64,000 nt of DNA, taken from Folioceros fuciformis (taxonomy: Eukaryota). Made by a program: the position numbers and the translations under genes. The notes beneath the pieces are model-generated. The model did no database searches. It was given only the letters and a program-made list of their open reading frames with translations, and was not told the origin of the DNA. Numbering within the stretch: position 1 is the first letter of the stretch; the number at the start of each line of letters is the position of its first letter. This document shows, one piece after another, positions 24,285-35,085 of this stretch. The DNA lies in contig JBNGIO010006003.1 in NCBI GenBank assembly GCA_049999805.1, forward strand, positions 71,897 through 135,896, read 5' to 3'.

Positions 24285-25151
24285 ATGGCTTTGGTTGTCA
24301 CGCCGGGAGTGGTAGATCCTGCTGCGTATCCGCTGCATCGTAGCAAGGTGGTGTATCTCGTGAGACATGGCCAGGGCTTTCACAATGTCGCTGGCGAGTT
24401 GGATCACAAGGCATACGAATCCACGGAGTTCTTCGACTCTAGCATCACTGCGCGAGGGTGGCAGCAGGTTGCTGCGCTGCGGAAGCATGTGCGCAGCACG
24501 GGCATCTTGGACGATGTGGAGTTGGTGGTGACTTCGCCTTTGACACGAACCATGCAAACAGCGTCAGGGGTTTTCGGAGGTGGCGATGTTATCCAGGGCG
24601 ACTCCCGTCCTCCTCTGATGGTGCAGGGAGTGGGGAAGGCGGATCACGCCGCCGTATCCAGTGCGTCTGCGCCGCCGTTTGTAGCCGTGGAGTGGTGCAG
24701 GGAGCAGCTCGGGATCCATCCTTGCGATAGGCGGCAGACTATCTCGGAGTATAAAAATCTCTTTCCTGCTATTGATTTCTCGGAAGTGGAGACCGAGGAG
24801 GACACCTGGTGGAAAGCAGACGTTCGGGAGACAAAGGAGGAGTTGTTCACTCGAGCTAGGGTTTTCCTCCGATGGGTGCTGGATCGCCGACAGACCAGGA
24901 TCGCTGTTGTCACTCACAGTAGCTTTTTGAATCATCTTGTTGGCCTGTTTGGTCACGATTGCACAGAAGTGGTCAAGATGGAGCTCACGGCTGGATTTCG
25001 GAATTGCGAGATGCGGTGTGTCGTCGTCGCCGATCGTGACCCTAAATCGTCAGATCCCAGCGGTCCGGTGCTTAATTTCCCTGGAGGCTCGCCGCCTGGG
25101 CCATCGGCTGGTAGTGACTTTGCAGATGCGAGTGAGAACGGGTCGGTGTAG
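24285..25151 (+). CDS. Phosphoglycerate mutase-like histidine phosphatase, intronless CDS
   Basis: LVRHGQGFHNV, SPLTRTMQTA, CREQLGIHPCDRR, IAVVTHSSFL and FRNCEMR motifs. Confidence 0.93.
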   Translation: MALVVTPGVVDPAAYPLHRSKVVYLVRHGQGFHNVAGELDHKAYESTEFFDSSITARGWQQVAALRKHVRSTGILDDVELVVTSPLTRTMQTASGVFGGGDVIQGDSRPPLMVQGVGKADHAAVSSASAPPFVAVEWCREQLGIHPCDRRQTISEYKNLFPAIDFSEVETEEDTWWKADVRETKEELFTRARVFLRWVLDRRQTRIAVVTHSSFLNHLVGLFGHDCTEVVKMELTAGFRNCEMRCVVVADRDPKSSDPSGPVLNFPGGSPPGPSAGSDFADASENGSV

Positions 25152-25959
25152 GATTGGTGTGACCAGCGAGCTCTCTGGTTTTTGAAGTGGACACATGAAT
25201 TCATGTGTGATTTGTGAGCGGTGCCATATTTGAAGTAGTGCCACTGCAAAATTGCTCCGCTCTTAGCAAGTTCTCAGATTTGTGATGGACGCTCTTGCGA
25301 GGTCTTCCATAGAGCACCTATTTAATTAAGGAGGGGATCTTTACCGGTCCTATTCCAAATGTTAGATCTGGCTCCCTGAGAAGGGAGAAGGGACACGGGG
25401 AAGAGTTAGGTTATGTTCGCATCAACCTGAACGCGGAGGGCCTTGTCTTGGCCAGCCCCGAGTGTCTCAATCTCCGAAGCGATAAATGCTTCACTCGTGT
25501 GAAATCGGACGTGGCATGTCATGTCCCATCCATCCAAAGAACTTCCATCCATCCCATACGGTTTTCCCGCGACGCATTACGCCATGCGCGTAAGCGCCCC
25601 TGGCAATAGGACCGAGCGGGCTGAACGAAGCATATTCGATCCCGCCCGCGTCCTGTCGTCCCTCCACAAATTCCTCTTCAGCACCGCCCGCATCCACTCG
25701 CCCTTCAAGGGTCTGTCCACCTTCACTCCCCGGCTCGGCCGTGCCTACGTCTCAATCTAGGCAGGTGGCAGCTAAGGGGGAGAAGGAGCAGCTAAGGGGG
25801 AGAAGGAGAGGATATCGGGGTGTGTTCGGATCAGGCGTCAAGGGTCGGCAGTGCCGGCTTTGGGCAGAGGAAGGAATTGGCGGAGAAAGGGTTTCAGGCC
25901 TTTGAGGGAGGCCGAGATCAGGCCGGGAAAAGGAAGGAAGGACGGGAAGGGGGTCGGGC

Positions 25960-27175
25960 TGGAGAGGAAGGATTTTAAGATCGCCTATGTTGGATGAATA
26001 GACTGGAGAGGAGGANNNNNNNNNNAGATCGCCTATGTTGGATGAATAGACTGGAGAGGAGGATTTTAAGATTGCCTATGTTGCATGAATAGACTGGAGA
26101 GGAGGATTTTAAGATCGCCTATGTTGCATGAATAGACTGCAAATTTGTTTCAGGAGAACGTCTGAAATGTGCTGCCCACATTTACATTGTCGGAACGGGC
26201 TGCTGTGGGCATCGCGCCCTTACACAGTGCTTTGCAAGTGCTGCTGGAGGGCTATGCTGACACGGTCGTCTGGATTTACGACTTGGAATTTACATCAACA
26301 GAATTTACATCAATGGTCGTCTGGATTTACGACTTAGAATTTACATCAACAGAATTTATATCAATGGTCGTCTGGATTTACGATTTGGAATTTACATTAA
26401 CAGAATTTACATCAATAGAGTTTGCATGAGCGCACACTCACAGCGTTGTTTGGGAGGGCTATGTGAGTGTTGTTTGGGAGGGCTATTGTGGGCAGCACAC
26501 CCACACCGTGTGCTTTGGGGGGTGTTGTTTCCCATTTTAGGACTTGGAATTTAGGATCAAGTCATGCCCACACACCATGCTTTGGGGGGTGTTGTTTCCC
26601 ATGGATTTAGGACCTGGAATTTCGGATTAGGTCATGCACATTCACAGGGTTGTTTGGGAGGAGGTCATGCACACTCACAAGGTCGTTTGGGAGGGCTATT
26701 GTGGGCAGCGCACCCACACACCCCGCTTTACCACAGCCCAACTAAGCACCAAATCAACTTGCCTAAACACCAAGTCAGCTTGCCTGAACACCAAATTACC
26801 TTGGCTGAACACTACATCAACTTGTCTAAACACTACATCACCCTCGCTGAACACAAAATCAGCTTGCAAAGCACTTGTCTAAACACTACATCACCCTCGC
26901 TAAACACAAAATCAGCTTGCCTTCATACAAAAAGAACCTACTTGAACACAAGATCAGCCTGCCTAAACACTAAATCACCCTGGCTGAACACAAAATAAGC
27001 TTGCCTTAACACTACATTAGCTGAACACCATCACATCCTCATTGAACACCAAATTAACCCAATACCCACCAAATTTGCTAAACACCATCACAACCCTATT
27101 AAACACCAAAGTACCCTGGCTACACACTAACCAAGTACTTATATCCAACAAACATAAACACCAAATGACCTGAAT
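25960..27175. repeat. Minisatellite cluster inside the MULE: 43-bp x about 4 (25960-26140), 51-bp x3 (26264-26416), TTGTTTGGGAGGG blocks (26430-26720), about 21-bp AACACCAAATCAGCTTGCCT array (26740-27175)
   Basis: Tandem units read directly from the sequence. Confidence 0.85.
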
Positions 27176-27246
27176 AACCTCATCCCCCAACTACTATTGT
27201 AAACAAAACCACTACAAGGATCATGACATAGTAGTATCCTCTATAA

Positions 27247-29977
27247 TTACCAAGTGCCTTTCTTCTTCTTTGGCCGTGACCGTTCTTCAATGCCTCTAAA
27301 TTGTACCAGCTTGTTTGTTCCATTGTTTGGGACCAACTCCTCTATCCTTGTCATTGTACTTGAGGCCTCATCCTTCCGAGCCGCAATCTCCCTAATACGA
27401 TGTTGTGCTTGTTCCATTATTGCACAAACCTCAAATAAGATATTAGGTTGTGGTTCGACCATGCTTGGAATACTCATACATATTGCATCCAAGTCTCGTC
27501 GTCTTTTCAACTTCAACTCTTCTAAGTTTTTGGGTTACCTCAAACTAGGTGTCACACTGCAAGTCGTGCTTTGTAGCATTACTTCCTGAGGGTTATGCAT
27601 TTCTGTCACATTGGTCTCAACAACAACATTGAGGTCAGGTAATGCACTACCTCCATCCTCTGCCCCAGCATGATATCCATTGGTACACCATGCAAGGTGC
27701 AAAACATGAGAAGTATGTTCAAATANNNNNNNNNNNNNNNNNNNNNNNNNNNNNNNNNNNNNNNNNNNNNNNNNNNNNNNNNNNNNNNNNNNNNNNNNNN
27801 NNNNNNNNNNNNNNNNNNNNNNNNNTGCACTACCTCCATCCTCTGCCCCAGCATGATATCCATTGGTACACCATGCAAGGTGCAAAACATGAGAAGTATG
27901 TTCAAATACACCACAAACTTGTTGCACCTTCACAACATCTTTGCATAGAAAACCTTTTTGCCCCATTGCACAACTACAAAATGCCCACGGTAAGTGTGCT
28001 GCCTCAATAACATATATTTTCTCACTACCTACAGAGGACATGCAATATGCCAAAGTAGACCCATCATCTAACGGAAATGTGACAGCTGTGTTTGGAATGG
28101 TTCTTACTGCAAATAAAACATGTTCATATACCTTCTCTAGCTTCGAATTTGGCCTGTAACCACCAGCCTTAGTGAAATCAAGGTACCAATAATGACGTTC
28201 TACCTCATTCACTAGTTGATGCAAAAGCCAATCCATACGCCTTCCTGGTAGCGCTGCTTTAGTGAAAGACACTCTTTCCTTCAAAAAGCGATGAAAGGCC
28301 TCCAATGCAGACGTGGTATCCTGTCCGGCGTGAGGATACAACGTGCAATTCTTCAACCACATATCTGCCAAAAAAAAAAAAACACCAGTATACTCCTCAC
28401 CCAACGTACGTCCAAGAACACAGCCCTTAAATCACGAAAAGGACACTGCAACATAGAAGCAAAATACTTATAGATTCGCCCCATTGTTTCTTGAAGTACT
28501 CAACAAATGTTGGTTGGCTTCCATGCCACTCCTTATAGAAGAACTCTAATAATACACTAGCCCATGCAACAATATTCTCATTTGTGCCATGGCCTTTCAC
28601 ATACATAATATCTGCAAGCGCAGCCTAAATTTTCTTCCTTGCAATACTACATATCACCTTCCTCAAAAGGTTTCGTTGCCATGCCTTCCTAACATGCCAT
28701 AAGCACAACACAACATGTATATGTGCCCCTCATTACTGTTTCAATGCACCTATGTCTGCCAAACAATTATCAACTAAAAAACAACTAGGAACCCATGTTG
28801 CACATGTGTTGAGAGCTACTTGTTGGAGCAGCTTCAACCATGATACTAAAGAAATGATAGTACTCTCCTGTGTTAGTGCCCAAGCAACTGGAATACCATT
28901 TAGGTGTTGATTAAAAACCATCACAGTGAATAAGTGGTACTGATACTTGTTCGTACCAAATGTGGCATTCATGGCTAAAACACTATTTATCCTATGCTTA
29001 ACTAACATTTGCTGCATGAAAGGAGTTTGCAATCCTAAAACAAATGGTTCACCCGGCTCTGACCTATGGAAGATAAGGTCAGGATTCACTTTTAACGACA
29101 TTTGGGTTGACTTTGCATCATCTGCACGGAGTTTCCACTCACTTGATTCCACCTCCCGTTTCATGTTCAACACATCCTTGCGCTACATGTAGTCGTCTCG
29201 AATGTCATCTCCAGGTCCATGTTCAGAATAGTGCGCCATCTTCTCGTACACAACTGCAATATGTCGACGCATAATCTTCGACATAGAAACCTTGCAATAA
29301 AGACAATGTTTCACCCAATCCTTCTCCTTCGAAAGCCAAGGAGCTCTAGACATTTTAGAATGACCCACATATTGTGGGCCGTGACAAACTTCACATTCGC
29401 GATCTACATGCTCTCCTTCACGAAGGAGGATTTGAGCCACATCTGGAAATAAAAGCAACTGCTTTACAACAAAATCTGCCATACATCCAGTTTTCATTCG
29501 TACATTCTTCGGTGTCGTGCATTCTCTATAATCTTGCAGTCCATATGAGCACCAATATCTACATAGGTAGTCAAAATATATATTAGGCATATGTACCCTT
29601 CAAATTGGTAACTACATCATGTTAGATTTAGTGGGCACATAACCTAGCAAAGAAAAAGTCTTGTCAAACTTAAACATAGTAACCTACAAACATGTGGTTA
29701 GAAAAAGCTATGGAGTGCAACAACTTGGAGGAGGAGATCAATCATACCTAATGTATGAGCTTGCAGTCTCCAGGGACGGCACAATTGGTATATGCAAGGA
29801 ATGTTCACTCTTCGAATCCTTCCGGTAGAAGCTTGCAGCGCATCTCAAGCCTTCTCCAGAAACAAAGTCATCCACTCTACTCCAAGGAATATAAGCAACC
29901 TTCATGTCCTTCACTACCTGCCAGCTTAAATCATCTGCACTGAACTGCCCAAGTGTCGGCGATTGAATGGTGTGCAA
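27247..29977 (-). pseudogene. Decayed MULE-type DDE transposase with SWIM zinc finger (At1g60560/At4g13970-like family)
   Basis: FSADDLSW..VAYIPWSRVDDFVSGE; YWCSYG..GC..FVVK..CHGP; FVLGLQT..AMNATFGTNKYQYHLFTVMVF..GIPVAW; LEAFHRFLK..RRMDWLLHQL; SWIM CSC..GFLCKD. Multiple stops and frameshifts. Confidence 0.85.
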
Positions 29978-30680
29978 GCTCCTTCACCGCTCTTTGCTTG
30001 TGTTTGTGTTAGGGTCAGCAAAGAGCGAAAATGAGGTTCAAGAGCTTCCTACTTTGCTCTATTTTTGTTTGTAGGGGATGATCCCACGCACGGTTTTCAG
30101 CTCAGTTTGTAACCTGCACATGGTTGTAGACACCGCACGGTTCAACCGAGCCAGCGGGTTTTACTCAAAGTTATGCCACCATTTATTTATGGCGAAACCT
30201 AGGTTGTACGCAAGCGGGCTATACGTGGTGATAGAGAGAGTCAGTGACCAGGATGTGGTGCATGCCATGCCACATAGGTAGTTAGACCATCTGATGCATT
30301 TATTGCTCCGGAGATTTAGACGGAGACAGGCCAGGCCAGCCTTACATTAGAGCCCAGAATTTATTATTTTATCTACCACTAGTGTTTCTTTCTATCATGG
30401 TTTATCTCCTCTCCATTGTTAGATTTAGAGTTTGGTTTGTATTATTCTATGTATTAGATTTTATTATTCTCTCTAGCATCCTATGGCACTGGGGAAAGTA
30501 TGAACAAACTAGACGAGTAGGTTGAAGTGTAGATTGAAGTGATATTCATTACTGATGGACATAAGAAATTCATTTAGATAACCTATATAGTTAGTTTAGA
30601 GCTAATTTAAAAGATGGAGTTTGAAAAAGAAAACTTGAAATGTGAAATTCCATCCATTCTCGGTCTTGGCTTAACGGGGA

Positions 30681-30806
30681 TTTTAAGCAAATACGCCTGC
30701 AGGAGGCGCATTTAAACAAATACGCCTATAGGAGCTTTTGAGCAAATAGGCCTATAAGAGCTTTTGAGCAAATAGGCCTATAAGAGCTTTTGAGCAAATA
30801 TGCCTA
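30681..30806. repeat. 26-bp tandem repeat x about 5 (TTTTGAGCAAATAGGCCTATAAGAGC)
   Basis: Units at 30736, 30762 and 30788, plus two degenerate upstream copies. Confidence 0.85.
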
Positions 30807-31160
30807 AGCCTGTAGGTTGGATAGGTATTCATGAGGCTTTTGAGGTGCCAATGATTCCTAAGGCTAAGGGAAAAACGTAAAGAAATATGGCCATATTTCT
30901 TTTTAATGGGGCAGGAGGTTCCATCTTCAGTCTTGAAGACATTGCAACGCTATCCGTATGGAGCCAGGACAAACGGTATTTCCGAACCTACAATATTTAT
31001 AAAATATATGTATATCCATTTTGAAATGATCATCAGCCATTCGGATTCCACCTAAGAGCCACTCCTTTCTTAGGAGAAGTTCTGTTCGATTCGCTCAGAT
31101 ATGTACAAGACACGTAGAGAGGCAGGCCAGAAAAATGAATCTGAACAATGACCAAAGGAT

Positions 31161-32031
31161 CTAAGACTCACTCCGGTCGAGGTCCCCAGGTTTGCTCTCC
31201 TTGACGCCGACCTTCTCGGCGAGCTTCTCCACATCTCTTTTGACGGCCTTGGCGGCCTCGACTGCCACGCCCTTGAGGCCTTCGGTGGTCTCTGCTGTTT
31301 TCTGAGGTATGCCCTTGAGCATGTCGGCGGCCGTGTTCACTTCCCGCTTGGCTGCGTTTTCCACTCCTTCCGCCATGGACTCGACCTTTCCGGAGACGTC
31401 TTTGGCCATTCCCTTGGTCGACTCTGGGGTTTCGTGAGTCGTCTGCTTCATCGCCTTCCCAGTCTCCTCCACTTTCTGCTTGGCCTTACCCGCCGCCTGC
31501 TCCGCCATCTCCTTCGTCTTGTCCACTGCGCTCCGAGCCGTCTCCTTGCCCTGCTCCATCATCTCCTGCGCCTTCTCCTTAGCCTGGCCCGCGGTCTCCT
31601 GCACCGTCTCCTTGGACCGGTCGGCAGCCTCGTCAGCCTTGCGCGCAGACTCCTTGAAGATGCCATGTGACTCCTCGAGCGCGTCGCTCCCTCGGGAAGA
31701 CGATGCCTCGTCCCGGGCCTCCTCGAAGGGTTTGTGGTCGGCGCCGCCTTCGTTCACCATTTTCGCCGCCTCATGTTTCTCTTCGTGCGTGTCAGTGCTC
31801 TTTGCAGGCTGCAGCACCGAAGGGAATGTCAGAGTGCTCACAGGACAGCCCTGCTCGACCGCTCAACATCAGCAATCTCAGCTTCAGCTTAAGACTCACC
31901 TCGCTTGCGAAGAGCCTTGTGAGTGCAGGCCTTGCCTGGCCGCGGAACTGCAGCTGGCATTCTCTCAACTTGCTTCTGCTGCCCTGCTGTATCAACTTCA
32001 GCAGCCCGCTCGTCCTCGCCGTGCTTCCCAT
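31161..32031 (-). CDS. Group-3 LEA (LEA_4-like) protein with N-terminal organellar presequence; 2 exons
   Basis: Exon 1 32031-31900 (MGSTARTSGLLKLIQQGSRSKLRECQLQFRGQARPALTRLFASE), GTGAGT...CTGCAG intron, exon 2 31808-31161 in phase 0. Contains A/K/E/T-rich 11-mer-like repeats (TAGQAKEKAQE, AAGKAKQKVEE). Confidence 0.85.
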
Positions 32032-32084
32032 TGTCGATCAATCTGTGATACCAACACAACAATTTGGACGCCCGTGTAACACAA

Positions 32085-32504
32085 CCACGTTTTCCGATTC
32101 GACACCGATCTGCAATCCCCTCCGCAGCTCATTCAAGTCACTCCATCAGGCAGGATGTGACAACAATCCACCCTTTTGAAGCAAGCCTATTGCAGGTCGC
32201 AATGCGGGCACGATTCAAGAGGAGAGTGGATTTTGGCGTAGGATGTAAACGCATGAGCGCCAAGTGGCCCGGACACGCGGCTGCGGTCTGTAAGCGGACG
32301 CGTTGCGGACTCACAATACTCTGGAAACCTGGAAACTCGCCTACATTCCGCGACCACGTTGCTTATCAGTGTCTGTAGCGTAACCGTGAGAGGTAGCTCG
32401 TCACAAGTTTGATGGAAACGGCAACGTAGAGCAGGTTCGGCTCAAACGTAAGCAGCCCCAAGGGTAGTGATACAAGACAGACCCTTATCTAATATCACAC
32501 GCGT
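32085..32504 (-). promoter_or_regulatory. Candidate ABRE/CE3 elements upstream of the LEA gene
   Basis: Minus-strand ACGTGG at 32085-32090 and 32354-32359, and ACGCGTGT at 32497-32504. Short motifs supported only by their context. Confidence 0.35.
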
Positions 32505-34387
32505 AGTCTTCGTTCAGGGTTGTCTACTTAACATACGCATTTCATTGGCAGATGCCAGTCAATGGACTGAAAACAAGTTGCATACAGACAATTTTGTCTC
32601 TGACCAACTGTGGCACAGCAGCAAGGCGAGAACCTGCCGATTTTGTGCTACCGTCATGCGAAAGAACCTCCTTGTGCTCAGATAACGTGTATCCGCATTG
32701 CGAAGCAAATCGGACTTTGATGGTACGTAAAACTAATCACTGCACAGGTCCTCGCCTTATTCCTCCTTTTCTAGGGAATGACAACGAACGAGGAAACACC
32801 AAAGAAGCTTGAGACAAAGTCACGGAGAAAATGGGAAGCAACTGGAGCACTGGAAATGACAGAAAGATCAACCCATCGAGCTCCCTTTGCTGGTTACTTT
32901 GGCAGATCCTCCATTCAACATATTGCAACTTGACTTGACACAAATGTCGTACACACGGGACTGCAAGTTAGCACAGACGGCCAGACACACCCACTACTTG
33001 ACCACACATCACTCACGATTACATACCAACAGGAAGCTAAGCCCGGTTGGCAGGAATAGCAACTCCGAACTTCGAGAGGTTAGTCAGAAGTTCAAGAGCT
33101 TCAATTAAGCGCATCATACAGGGAATGGATCTAGCTCCGTAGTTTAGCTCAAAATCCCACCTGTCAAAGATCCTGGCTGATGCCGAAGCCACCGAATATG
33201 TGGATGTGGACCAGGAGCCAACCCATGCACATGTGAAGGAAGGCCGATTCTGACGTATCCAGATGACTGACAAATATTATGACGGGAAGACGCACAAATC
33301 GCATGCACTCGAAGAACTTGAGCAGGACATTCCGAGTGTCATTCTCACAATTGAAAGTACAGAAAGAGCGAAGCATGCACTCCTTGATGCCTTGTGTAAG
33401 AATTAGCATTCGAAGTTATCATTGAGTGCTTACTTCAATGCCCACTCCTGCTACTAGGCAATGAAAAGGCTGCACTCATGTCAAGCAGTACACGAAAAAA
33501 ATCTCGCGGCGAAACCTTAACTCCACACACATGTACAGGTATGTCAAGCATTTAAAGCCGCGACACTTTACGGATGGCTTGACTTTTCAGAAAACAAGTA
33601 GATCAGAAAAGAAGAATGAAAGCCACCCGATGGATAACTGACTCTGGTGTAAAAGCTTCAAAACCTGGGAGCAAATAACGCGGCTAGCTAGACTTGGTAC
33701 ACAACGACCACATTCCTGTTCCGGATAATTTCGAGTCGACCCGAGGACAAGCTTGATGATCAGACAGAATCCCCCGAACTAAAAGCCGAATCCAGAACAC
33801 AAGTTGCACAACTCGATAAAGAAACAAGAGTATAGTGGTTAGCGTAACGCTATGGTGTGCATGGCAGGCACAGAGCTGAAGGACTAATATTTCTTGGGCA
33901 GCGGTAAGCCACCCTCCACAGGAGAAGGGTGGCAATGAGGTCGCACCCCAGTTTTCCTCAAGAAAGATACACAAAACTCCATTGAATTTCCAGGTGATCA
34001 CAGACAGAGAGCAAGCCATATGTTAAACCCAACCCGTAAAAGCAAACTCACGGAGGAAAGTGGCAGTCACATATTCCGAAACCAGGCCAAAACCCACAAA
34101 ATGTGTCGATCTGAAAGACGGCAGGGCCTAAACACATGAATTCAAGCCAAAACTCCCGCATTGGCAAACCTACACAGCTGTCAGAGAACAATCTTCCAGC
34201 AAAAATGGAGAAACCTACATATCCCAGCGCTCTACCCACTTTCCGCTGCCCCAGCGTTAGCCCCTCACCCACAACCGACGAGAAGCTCCACCCTAAAGCC
34301 CACCTCCATACCTCGACAGTGTGGGCGAGACCCCCACAGACTTGCAGTACAGGCTCCCTATGCACTCCGAACTCCCCCAAAATTCGG

Positions 34388-34831
34388 CTAACGATAGGAC
34401 TTTTGAAAGCGGGCACGAGCACCACGACCTCCAAACTTCTTGGGCTCACAGCGCCGGGGATCGGCCACTAGCAGAGTCCTGTCATACCTAACGAGGATGT
34501 CCTTGATCTCCTGCTTCGACTGCTCGTCCACATACTTCTGGAAGTAAGCCACCAGGGCCTTGGCGATGCTCTGCCGGATGGCATATATTTGCGAGGTGTG
34601 GCCTCCGCCCCTCACCCGGATCCTCATGTCAACCTCAGCAAAGCGTTGGCGTCCCAGTAATAATATAGGCTCAAAAGCCTTGTACCGCAGAATTTCCGGC
34701 TCCACGAGCTCGATGGGGCAGCCATTGATCTTGATCAGGCCTCGACCCCGCTTGCAGTACGTGACGGCCACGGCCGTTTTCTTCCGCCCGAAGCACTGTA
34801 CAGACGGCACGGGGGCAGGTAGCGCTGCCAT
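34388..34831 (-). CDS. RPS16: 40S ribosomal protein S16 (uS9), copy 1
   Basis: [13 protein letters not shown]...[28 protein letters not shown] near 34925 and telo-box-like TAACCCTAG near 34938-34946. Confidence 0.98.
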   Translation of the reverse strand: MAALPAPVPSVQCFGRKKTAVAVTYCKRGRGLIKINGCPIELVEPEILRYKAFEPILLLGRQRFAEVDMRIRVRGGGHTSQIYAIRQSIAKALVAYFQKYVDEQSKQEIKDILVRYDRTLLVADPRRCEPKKFGGRGARARFQKSYR

Positions 34832-35085
34832 GGCTGAAATGCTCACGTCCCTGACGGCAACAGATTGCTCCCGTCGCCGCCAAAAACGAATGAGGACTGA
34901 CGATTGGGGCACAATAATTGACATTTATAAACAAAGGCTAGGGTTAGGAGTTCCAGCCCTCTCAAAAACACACCAACCCATGCAACAAAATAGGGCTGGT
35001 CTGGACTTCGCCATTACACATGTATGGCCTGGTTTGGTCTTAGAAGCTATCCATCTACGTGCACTGGTGAGCGAGATGCGAGCCA

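Larger units (their letters stand above)
25438..30342 (-). mobile_element. Mutator-like (MULE) DNA transposon with degenerate TIRs
   Basis: 25464-25493 versus the reverse complement of 30292-30321 is 26/30 identical, with weaker similarity outward. Encloses a decayed transposase and several minisatellites. No TSD seen. Confidence 0.7.

Noticed and set aside
27645-27905. Identical sequence on both sides of the 27726-27825 gap
   Set aside because: Typical scaffolding overlap artefact.
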